From assembly GCA_015063685.1 (NCBI GenBank), contig SVTR01000004.1, positions 3,826 through 67,825 of the forward strand: a stretch of DNA of 64,000 nucleotides. Direction: 5' to 3'. Positions 9,168-16,849 of the stretch are shown one piece after another; the first letter of the stretch is position 1, and the number at the start of each line of letters is the position of its first letter. The translations under genes and the position numbers were made by a program. Below the pieces are notes generated by a model that ran no database searches, was not told the origin of the DNA, and saw nothing but the letters and a program-made list of their open reading frames with translations. The stretch is from Oscillospiraceae bacterium (GTDB lineage: Bacteria > Bacillota > Clostridia > Oscillospirales > CAG-272).

Positions 9168-11429
9168 TTATTCAGTATCAACGTTACCGTTGCCCTCAGC
9201 GGGAGGCAGGGTCACGGCTTCCTTTTCGTCCAGATAGAACTGAGCGTATACGGTATTAGCAGTCTTGAAGTCCTCAAACTTTGCGTATGCGCAGTTCTCA
9301 AAATCGTTGAACGCCAGGTTGTCGAAGTTTGCAGTAACGAATTCCTTACCTGCGGCGAGATAGTCCTCGTAAGAGCCGACCTTAGCCTTGGCGAAATTAG
9401 CGGTCATGTAGTAGGTGCTCTTCAGATTCTTCAGCTTGCCGGAGGTTGCGGTTGCTTCCAGGTTGAATACCAGGGGAACAACGGGAAGGTCTTCCATCAG
9501 CATATCCTCGGCAGCGTGAAGCAGAGCGGTCTTGGAGGCCAGATAGTTCTTGGCATCGGTGGATACGTTGTACTCGTCGTAAACGGCGGTGACGGTATCG
9601 TACATAGCCTTTTCAAGAGCTGCGTTCTGCTCGGTGCTTTCGAACTGGTTGAAGTAAGTGGTGGCCAGTACGCCGCTGGGAGAGTTGAACTTGTCGTAGT
9701 ACTGCAGGAAGTATACGGCTTCCATCAGGTTGTTGTACTTCTCAGAGTCGTAGCCGGTGATGTGAGGAGTCAGCTGATAGTTAGAGGTATCAGACATGTC
9801 CATGGCCTTGCCGGAGAAGGGCTTGGCGAAGGGAGACAGCATGGAATAGGGATCAGCGGAGTAAGCAACGCTATCAAAGATGATGGCTTCGAAGCTGCCA
9901 CTTGCCAGATCCTGATTATACAGGTTATCGCAGATATCCTTGGGCGTCTCGCCGGTGTACTTGTAGTAGTCGTTGTTGGTGATGGTGCCGCGGGGATTCA
10001 GGGTAACCTTGAAGCCGAGAGCGGTCCAAGCCTCGGCTACCTTGGTAGCGATCAGCTCGTGAACCTCATCGTATGCTGCATAGGTCAGAGAGAAGGAGTA
10101 CTTGCCGGCCTTGATGCCTGCCTCGCTGAGGAGAGCGGCTGCGGCGATGGGGTCGGTCTTGAGGGAGTCGTAAGCAGAAGAAGCCGCATCGCGGAAGGAG
10201 GTCTTCTTGCTGTTGCTGTCAAACACACCGGTGGGGACATAGCCGGTAGCGGCCTGCGCGTACACGATAGCCTCAGCCAGAGCTTGACGGTCAATAGCCA
10301 TGGAGAGCGCCTGTCTGACCTTTGCATTGGCAAACAGAGCGGAGCCCTCATCAGAGCCGTCCTTGATCATGGCTTTCTGATTGAAGTAAATGGCGTTGGT
10401 GGACAGGGAGGTTTCGGCAACCTTCACGTCCTTGGTCAGAGCATTGTCACCGCTGCGCAGAGACAGGGGAACGTCGCTGACGTACAGAACCACGCCGGCT
10501 TCGTAAGCGGCAGCCAGCTGATCGTCGGTCAGAGAGCAGTCCACGCAGATTCTGTAAGGAGTAACGGACTTGAACAGGCTGACGTCCTCTTCGTTTTCAC
10601 GATAGTAGTATACGTTACGCTCCAGGATGAAGTCGGTGACCTTCTGACTGGAGAAGCTACCGCCGATGGTCAGCTCACCGTCATCGTTGTACTTGGGCTC
10701 GCCATTTTCGTCAACTTCAATGTAAGTAGGATCCTCGTATTTGACGGTGACATCGCTGATCCAGTTGATACGACCCAGCTTGAAGGGACCGCTGCACACC
10801 ATGGTGCCGGGCTTCTTTGCCCAGTCGTCAGACTTGGAAACGATATCGTCACGCAGAGGAGCCAAAGCAAGGCTCGTCAGGTTCAGAAGGAACTGGTTGT
10901 AGTTGACCTTACCTTCGAACTGGATCTCCAGAAGCTGCTCCTCGGAGGGATAGATAGCCACGTCGTCAATGGAGGCATCGCCTTCCTTGGCGGCACGGGC
11001 ATTCTTGATATCGAACAGAAGAGACGCGGCTTCCTGGTCGGCGTCAACCTCAAGGAGACGCTTCCAAGCGAAAACGATGTCGTTTGCGGACACGGCAGTA
11101 CCGTCAGACCAGTGAGTGTCCTTCAGACGGAGATACATCTTGTACTCGCCGGCGCTTTCGTTTTCCTCGGTCCAGTATTCCTTGACAAGGGACTTCTGTA
11201 CCTTGCCGTTCTTATCTAACGTAAACAGGGTGTCGAACATCAGGCCGACAACCTTGGCCAAAGCTTCATTCTTGTACGCCTTGGCAGGGTCGAGGTCATA
11301 AACGTTATCAGTCAGGTACACGGTGATGTACTGGCCCTTGTAATCCTCGTCCTCGTTCTTGCTACAACCAATAAAGGTGGTCAGCAGGGTGGCGGCGCAA
11401 AGAAGCAACGCTAAAATACGCTTCATCAT
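9168..11429 (-). CDS. ABC transporter substrate-binding lipoprotein (family 5, peptide/nickel type), unusually large, with no transporter genes adjacent
   Basis: Lipoprotein signal MMKRILALLLCAATLLTTFIGCS, with start at ATG 11429 after GAGGAGGA. Family-5 SBP-like sequence continues throughout. Confidence 0.8.
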   Translation of the reverse strand: MMKRILALLLCAATLLTTFIGCSKNEDEDYKGQYITVYLTDNVYDLDPAKAYKNEALAKVVGLMFDTLFTLDKNGKVQKSLVKEYWTEENESAGEYKMYLRLKDTHWSDGTAVSANDIVFAWKRLLEVDADQEAASLLFDIKNARAAKEGDASIDDVAIYPSEEQLLEIQFEGKVNYNQFLLNLTSLALAPLRDDIVSKSDDWAKKPGTMVCSGPFKLGRINWISDVTVKYEDPTYIEVDENGEPKYNDDGELTIGGSFSSQKVTDFILERNVYYYRENEEDVSLFKSVTPYRICVDCSLTDDQLAAAYEAGVVLYVSDVPLSLRSGDNALTKDVKVAETSLSTNAIYFNQKAMIKDGSDEGSALFANAKVRQALSMAIDRQALAEAIVYAQAATGYVPTGVFDSNSKKTSFRDAASSAYDSLKTDPIAAAALLSEAGIKAGKYSFSLTYAAYDEVHELIATKVAEAWTALGFKVTLNPRGTITNNDYYKYTGETPKDICDNLYNQDLASGSFEAIIFDSVAYSADPYSMLSPFAKPFSGKAMDMSDTSNYQLTPHITGYDSEKYNNLMEAVYFLQYYDKFNSPSGVLATTYFNQFESTEQNAALEKAMYDTVTAVYDEYNVSTDAKNYLASKTALLHAAEDMLMEDLPVVPLVFNLEATATSGKLKNLKSTYYMTANFAKAKVGSYEDYLAAGKEFVTANFDNLAFNDFENCAYAKFEDFKTANTVYAQFYLDEKEAVTLPPAEGNGNVDTE

Positions 11430-11741
11430 GGTGTGATCAATCCTCCTCGAGTATTTGAACGGGCGCATCTACAGACACTAACCCATCCTATTTTTTATCT
11501 CCTACCTATTATATCATACAATCCCTTTTTTATCAATAAGATAATGAATATGTTTTTTAGTTTCGGACGGTTGCACAACTTCAAAGAGGAAAAACTGTGC
11601 AATTTGCATACGGATTTTGGGGATTTTCGGAGAAGAATTTTGTATAGAGGGAATCCGAATGCGGGAAAATAGAGACGGATGTGCTCTTGACCGTGAAAAT
11701 GCGGGTACCAAAGGGCAGATAGGGCGAAAAAGGGGGAGCGT

Positions 11742-12623
11742 ATGGAGAAAGCTTTGAGAGGTAACTACAGCAGAACAGACCTTGCCTGTGAGAGCCGAGG
11801 ACCTGCCGATACCTGCGAGGAGACGGTGGTTTATCCCGTGCCCGGCGAAGAAGGGATCAACGTGCAGCGCTGCCTGGATGCTGACGGAGCACGTTACACA
11901 ACCTTTTTCTGCGGGCGGATGACCCTTATGGGGGAGGCCATGATCTCGGCCTTTGGAAAGCTTTTGGGCAATGAGATGGTCAAGATGGCCGAGGGGATGA
12001 TCGGCGGCCCTCTCGGGGGGCGTACCCGGGTGCTGGTGGCAGGGCTGGGCAATCCCGATATGACCGCGGACGCCATCGGCCCGGGGACGGTACGGCGCCT
12101 GACCGCCACCCGTCACCTGAAGATCTACGATGAGGGTATGTACCAAGCCTTAGGCTGTTGTGAGCTGGCTGCCATGTCTCCCGGGGTTTTGGGTCAAACG
12201 GGGATCGAGTCGGGGGAGCTGGTACGGGGGGCGGTGACCCACGTAAAGCCCCACTTGCTGGTGGCGGTGGATGCCTTGGCGGCGCGGAGCTGTGACCGTC
12301 TGGCCGCCACCGTGCAGCTATCTGACCGAGGCATATCTCCGGGGGCCGGGGTGGGAAATTTCCGTCTGCCCATGGATCACAAAACCATGGGATGTCCCGT
12401 TCTCGGGGTGGGTGTGCCCACGGTGGTGGACTCCGCTACCCTGATATATGACGCACTGATCCAAGGGGGCATGAAAGCGCCCTTTCCTGAAGGGCTGACG
12501 GCGGTTTTGGAGAACGGGCGAAGCTTTGTGGTGTCCCCGAAGGATAGCGACTGCATTACCGAGATCACCTGCCGCCTGCTGGCCAAAGCCATTGACCATG
12601 CCTTCGGGGTGGGGGAATTGTAG
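11742..12623 (+). CDS. gpr: Germination protease GPR (spore endopeptidase)
   Basis: RTDLACE, GLGNPDMTADAIGP, VAVDALAA and LSDRGISPGAGVGN motifs. Lies adjacent to spoIIP, as in many Clostridia. Confidence 0.9.
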   Translation: MEKALRGNYSRTDLACESRGPADTCEETVVYPVPGEEGINVQRCLDADGARYTTFFCGRMTLMGEAMISAFGKLLGNEMVKMAEGMIGGPLGGRTRVLVAGLGNPDMTADAIGPGTVRRLTATRHLKIYDEGMYQALGCCELAAMSPGVLGQTGIESGELVRGAVTHVKPHLLVAVDALAARSCDRLAATVQLSDRGISPGAGVGNFRLPMDHKTMGCPVLGVGVPTVVDSATLIYDALIQGGMKAPFPEGLTAVLENGRSFVVSPKDSDCITEITCRLLAKAIDHAFGVGEL

Positions 12624-12783
12624 GGCATCTCTAAAAACTCATCGCACAACGTTATGGCGGTGCTTTTTTTGGCATACGTCACAAAATTCTTTTGTGTAGG
12701 GTCAACTATGCGTGCAGATTTTGGTTTAGTCTGACGAAAAAATCCCTCGCATCTTGCCGCACGCTGAGTATGCAGAGATGCCC
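12623..12783 (+). mobile_element. MITE-like 160-bp element (family B), copy 1
   Basis: Imperfect terminal inverted repeats GGGCATCTCTAAAAACTCATCGCAC and GCACGCTGAGTATGCAGAGATGCCC. TGTA is duplicated on both flanks (12619-12622 and 12784-12787). The element starts on the last base of the gpr stop codon. Confidence 0.7.
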
Positions 12784-12861
12784 TGTAGCATGAAACGGGC
12801 GGGACGGGCATATGCTTTGATAAAAGGGCATCTTTGAGCCAAGAAAAAGGAGCGTGTTCCC

Positions 12862-14181
12862 ATGAAAAAGAAAACCTCTCCGCCGAGGGCATTGCCGCCC
12901 CCGAAGGGCAAACTTGAGGATTGCGAGATCATCACCTCGGAGGATGCTCTCAAATACAAATCCTGTGAAATTCCCATAGCTGATCCGCAGACGTCGGGGA
13001 AGGCCGAATCTCAAAGCGCACGGAAGACCCAAAAGGGAAGCCGTAGCGCTTGGATCTCCTGCGGATGTATGATCTTTGGGCTGGTGCTTCTGCTGTTTCC
13101 CTTCGTGGGACGGGTCATATCCTCAGCCGACGGCGCGTTGACGTGGCAGGCTATGGGGGAAAAGGCCATGCTCGGATTGCTGTCCTACGGTCTGCCGCCT
13201 GTCAATGCCCCCTTTTTTGAGTCCTTGGGTAGTGAATCCGAAACCATCGGCTTTGAGGAAGCAACGGCAACCGATATACCCGGTGAGACGGATACCTTCG
13301 CAGAGGAAGAGACCGTCTCGGGGGATGAGACCCAAACGAACATACCCACCACCGCAGAAACTACTGCCGAGAAAGCCACCGAGGGAGCCTCGGAGGAGAC
13401 CCCGGAATCAGAAGGGCAAAGCATACCCATCGTGACGATGGATATGAGTGAAAAAGAGAAGGGGGCGGCGTATATCGTCGGGGACGAGGCCTGTGGTCCC
13501 CCGGAGGTTCCGTTAGAAAACGTGACGTTCCCCGAAGGGACGGCGGTGCTGCTCATCCACAGTCATCCCTACGAAGCCTACGGTGACGGAGGTGACGAGG
13601 CGTGGTATCGTGATGACGGCTGGGCGGTGGAGATTCCGGAGGAGGGCGGCTACCCTTCCGAGGGTGTGACGGCGCTGGGAAAAGACCTTGCCTTGCTGCT
13701 TCGCTTGCGAGGGATAGAGGTGGTTCACTGTGTTCTGCCTGCCGATGGCGTGCCGTCCCACATGGATACCTACGAAAAGACCCGGGAGGCGGTGGAACAA
13801 CTGCTGACAGAGCACCCTCGGGTAGGGCTGGTCATTGATCTGCGGCGGGGGGCAGAGCGCCTGTCCGACGGTAGCCTTTTGCGCACTCGGGGACGCTATC
13901 ACGGGCAGACCACGGCACAGCTGCGCTTGCTTGTGGATGGCTCCCGGAGAGCGACGGATGACACGCGGGATCTTGCCGCGGCCGTCACTCTGCGGCGATG
14001 GTTGTACCTTGAAGAACCTACCTTGAGCCGTCCTGTGTATCTGCGACAGGGTGAGGGTCTGACAACCGACACGTCGGTGGTGATGCTGACCCTGGAGCTC
14101 GGCACGGCAGGGAATACCTACGAGGAAGCCAATGCCCTGTTGATCCCCCTGGCCGACGCCCTGGCGCGGATGATCGGTTAA
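12862..14181 (+). CDS. spoIIP: Stage II sporulation protein P
   Basis: N-terminal TM segment, acidic T/E-rich linker, and a SpoIIP-like domain (LLIHSHPYEAY, VIDLRRG, LTLELGTAGNTYEEA). RBS AAGGAG. Confidence 0.8.
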   Translation: MKKKTSPPRALPPPKGKLEDCEIITSEDALKYKSCEIPIADPQTSGKAESQSARKTQKGSRSAWISCGCMIFGLVLLLFPFVGRVISSADGALTWQAMGEKAMLGLLSYGLPPVNAPFFESLGSESETIGFEEATATDIPGETDTFAEEETVSGDETQTNIPTTAETTAEKATEGASEETPESEGQSIPIVTMDMSEKEKGAAYIVGDEACGPPEVPLENVTFPEGTAVLLIHSHPYEAYGDGGDEAWYRDDGWAVEIPEEGGYPSEGVTALGKDLALLLRLRGIEVVHCVLPADGVPSHMDTYEKTREAVEQLLTEHPRVGLVIDLRRGAERLSDGSLLRTRGRYHGQTTAQLRLLVDGSRRATDDTRDLAAAVTLRRWLYLEEPTLSRPVYLRQGEGLTTDTSVVMLTLELGTAGNTYEEANALLIPLADALARMIG

Positions 14182-14222
14182 TGGCCGTAGCAGATGATTT
14201 AGACTATAAGCATATTAAAACG

Positions 14223-14262
14223 CACCCGCTCCGAGAAATCTCGGGGCGGGTGTGGTATTTTA
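14223..14262 (+). terminator. Rho-independent terminator after spoIIP
   Basis: CACCCGC..CCGAG-AAAT-CTCGG..GCGGGTG followed by GTATTTTAT. Confidence 0.6.
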
Positions 14263-14293
14263 TGCGGTTGCAGAGGGGGGCAGATAAATTGTT

Positions 14294-14452
14294 GGGCATC
14301 TCTAAATACTCAGCGTGCGGCGAGATGCGAGGGATTCTTTCGTCAGACTAAAAAAATCTGCGCGCATAGTCGTCCCTATGCGAAAGAATTTTGTGACGTA
14401 TGACGGAAAAAGCACCGTCATATCGTCGTGCGATGAGTTTTTAGAGATGCCC
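14294..14452 (-). mobile_element. MITE-like 160-bp element (family B), copy 2, inverted, with no target duplication
   Basis: Same termini as copies 1 and 3 but in reverse orientation. The flanks are TGTT on the left and CATA on the right, so no TSD. It abuts the accessory cassette. Confidence 0.7.
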
Positions 14453-14458
14453 CATATT

Positions 14459-14863
14459 TTATAGTATCCAATGCCATATTTCCAATACAATGATCATGAT
14501 ATTTATGAAAACAAACATTACGGACGAATATCCGTGTTTTCTCCAAATTTTGAGGCAACAATAAAAGCCAAACAAATAGTAGATCTCAAAAAATATGGCA
14601 AAATATTTTAAGTTGGTATGGGCGATCCATAAAGCGATCAGTTGGAGCACCGACAGGTATCCGATTCTTCCGAGGCTTTTGATGGGGGACGTGCCGATAT
14701 ACGACGGCGTATCGTCCGTCACCGTTTGCCGATAATCCTTCCAAAGACTTACTGACAATCTTTTCGCTAAGCGTTCGACGCTACTGCCAAAGGAACTGCC
14801 GTGATGGGGGATGGATGTGTTTCCGTTAGAAAAATCATGATGTAATGGATCGTTGGTCATCAT
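14459..14863 (-). CDS. Small membrane protein (134 aa), third gene of the MutS-like cassette
   Basis: About 60 soluble aa followed by three predicted TM helices. It shares the motif W-(R/K)-x-(K/R)-(H/F)-GYS with the 100-aa neighbour. It starts 12 nt after the neighbour's stop, and the local sequence is AT-richer. Confidence 0.6.
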   Translation of the reverse strand: MMTNDPLHHDFSNGNTSIPHHGSSFGSSVERLAKRLSVSLWKDYRQTVTDDTPSYIGTSPIKSLGRIGYLSVLQLIALWIAHTNLKYFAIFFEIYYLFGFYCCLKIWRKHGYSSVMFVFINIMIIVLEIWHWIL

Positions 14864-14875
14864 TTCACCTCACAG

Positions 14876-15178
14876 CTAAAAAATTCTTTTGATACCCAAT
14901 GCCATGAAACATAGGATGATCACCGAAATGGTCGGCGGCCATGCGGAATAACCGAAGCGTTTGTATACCCTGAGCCATGCGATCATTTGAAAAACGATCA
15001 TGCCTGCCACCGGCATGAGATATGCCAACCAAACCCAAGGCAGAGGCAACAGGCAGTAAGCAACCGCTTGGAGGCATATAAAAAGATACAGCCGCAGCAG
15101 AAGTCCCCTAGGTATGCCGAGATAGCAGGGATAGCGTATTTGATTCAGCTGTCGCCAGTTTGAAATATATCGAAGCAT
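14876..15178 (-). CDS. Small membrane protein (100 aa), second gene of the MutS-like cassette
   Basis: Three predicted TM helices. AWLRVYKRFGYSAWP resembles KIWRKHGYSSVM in the 134-aa protein. It starts 8 nt after the MutS-like stop, with a G-rich RBS. Confidence 0.6.
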   Translation of the reverse strand: MLRYISNWRQLNQIRYPCYLGIPRGLLLRLYLFICLQAVAYCLLPLPWVWLAYLMPVAGMIVFQMIAWLRVYKRFGYSAWPPTISVIILCFMALGIKRIF

Positions 15179-15186
15179 AACCCCCC

Positions 15187-16689
15187 CTATATGATCCCGT
15201 ATTGCTTGGCGATCCTTTCGGCACAGCTGGTACCCTGCGGGTCGTCCTGTGTCACCCGATACGTTCCAAACTCTACGGTCAAGGAGGATATATCGGGACG
15301 ATTAAACAAATTCCTCGCCAAGCTGTGTAGGTGGGTAGAAAACAGCACCTTGGCTCCTGCGTCCATCAGACGGTCAATATACTGCTCCGCGATCACCGCT
15401 GCCTCCTCAGCACCCGTACTGCTAAAAGTCTCATCCATAAAGATCATGGCGTTGGGAATGAGAGCCTTTTGGATCTCGGCAAGGCTTTGGCATTCCTCTT
15501 CAAGCCGACCCATTTTATATTGACCGGCATTGGCACTTGGAAAATGTAGCTTGATTTGTGAAAGCGGCGTGACCTCGGCTTTGCGGGCAGGAATAGGCAA
15601 GCCCAATCCGGTCAACAAATAGCAAATCGCTACCGCGGTGGTGTAAATGCTCTTGCCGCCGCTGTTGGGGCCTGTCAGAATGATGGCCTTGTGGGACGAT
15701 GCAAGGATATAATCGTTGGGGGTGATTTGATCGAAGGGTATATTTTGCGAAAGCAACAGATGGTACATCCCGTAGATTTCAGTATGTCCATCGGCTTTCA
15801 GGGCGGGATAGCAATAGTAGCCGCCCACGTTGGTCAAGACTTGCATGAGACGGTAGGCGGCCAAGATAAAATCAATCTCATTTTTTAGGTTTAGAAGCTC
15901 GTATGCGCATTGCTTGAGTGCCCGTAGACCGCTTTTACGGGCGACCTTGACGGAATCGGTCATCACCTTGTCCATGGCGTTGTTGATCGCCGTGCGGAAT
16001 TGCTGGTTTTCTTCAAAGGTCAGCTTTTTGGAAAGGTGGGTCATGGGCGCGATGCAGGTATAGTCACTCCCCGAAAAGTCCAACCGCAGGAGCTTGTCGA
16101 TCCATTCGCCCGATTTGTAATATTCAGAATTAAATGATACGACCCCTGCTTCAATGGGGCGTAGCTGTGCATCGAGATTGACCCCAACCGTGATGCTCTT
16201 GACGCTCTCAATGGTGACAGATATTTCACGGAGACCTTGAGAAAGCTTTAAAAATTCCTCGGATTCCGAAAGGAGAGTCAGGATGCTTTTAAAACTCGCC
16301 AGTGCTTCACAACTCACATGAACCTTGTGTAACCGCTGCTTTAATTCTTGAATAAGCTCCGTGTAGAAAGATAAAATGACCAGATCTCGCACCTGATGAT
16401 CGACCTCAGATCCTTGTATGTTCTCCTTCCCACTTTGGCAGAGATCCTCCAAAATGTCCAGCTTTTCCTTGAAAAACAGCAGTATTTCCACAAGCGGGGG
16501 TGTTGTGTCAAGTGCCTTGAATAACTGATGTCGGTAAGAGATGACCTCCACACCATCGGTAAAATAAGAGTCGATGCTCTTGGGGAAGAAGCGCATGACA
16601 TCGAGACGATCCACGACCTCTTTGTCTATGGTAATGCTTTTCCTCGGGTTGTGAGCGGGATATAGAAAGCTGTAATCTTCAAAATACAT
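15187..16689 (-). CDS. MutS-domain-V-like ABC ATPase (MutS-related protein lacking mismatch-binding and Smr/nuclease domains)
   Basis: Walker A TGPNSGGKS, Walker B IFMDETFSSTG and FSTHLH, matching the order of MutS ATPase motifs. The N-terminal ~300 aa are helical. RBS AAGGAG. Confidence 0.8.
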   Translation of the reverse strand: MYFEDYSFLYPAHNPRKSITIDKEVVDRLDVMRFFPKSIDSYFTDGVEVISYRHQLFKALDTTPPLVEILLFFKEKLDILEDLCQSGKENIQGSEVDHQVRDLVILSFYTELIQELKQRLHKVHVSCEALASFKSILTLLSESEEFLKLSQGLREISVTIESVKSITVGVNLDAQLRPIEAGVVSFNSEYYKSGEWIDKLLRLDFSGSDYTCIAPMTHLSKKLTFEENQQFRTAINNAMDKVMTDSVKVARKSGLRALKQCAYELLNLKNEIDFILAAYRLMQVLTNVGGYYCYPALKADGHTEIYGMYHLLLSQNIPFDQITPNDYILASSHKAIILTGPNSGGKSIYTTAVAICYLLTGLGLPIPARKAEVTPLSQIKLHFPSANAGQYKMGRLEEECQSLAEIQKALIPNAMIFMDETFSSTGAEEAAVIAEQYIDRLMDAGAKVLFSTHLHSLARNLFNRPDISSLTVEFGTYRVTQDDPQGTSCAERIAKQYGII

Positions 16690-16716
16690 CTTGGAAGCTC
16701 CTTTTGAGGCGTTTTT

Positions 16717-16789
16717 GGGGAGGCCATACAGGGCTCCCCTACAATGTTTCAGAATAAATTTCTACCGTAGGGGCGCGCATCGCGTGTCC
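16717..16789. repeat. Degenerate REP-like hairpin pair
   Basis: GGGGAGGCCATACAGGGCTCCCCTAC (16717-16742) and GTAGGGGCGCGCATCGCGTGTCC (16767-16789). Confidence 0.5.
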
Positions 16790-16849
16790 GTTTGTTTGGG
16801 AGACGACAGATGCGCAAACGGGAGGAGTTTACTCCTCCCGCAGATAAAT

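Noticed and set aside
9516-11219. ORF 9516..11219 + (567 aa)
   Set aside because: It lies antisense to the lipoprotein SBP gene, has the same shadow-ORF composition, and shows no motifs or RBS.
11580-11741. Forespore sigma-F/G promoter upstream of gpr (GCATA ... GGAGAAGAAT)
   Set aside because: The spacing of 18 nt and the -10 sequence do not fit either consensus well enough to call from sequence alone.
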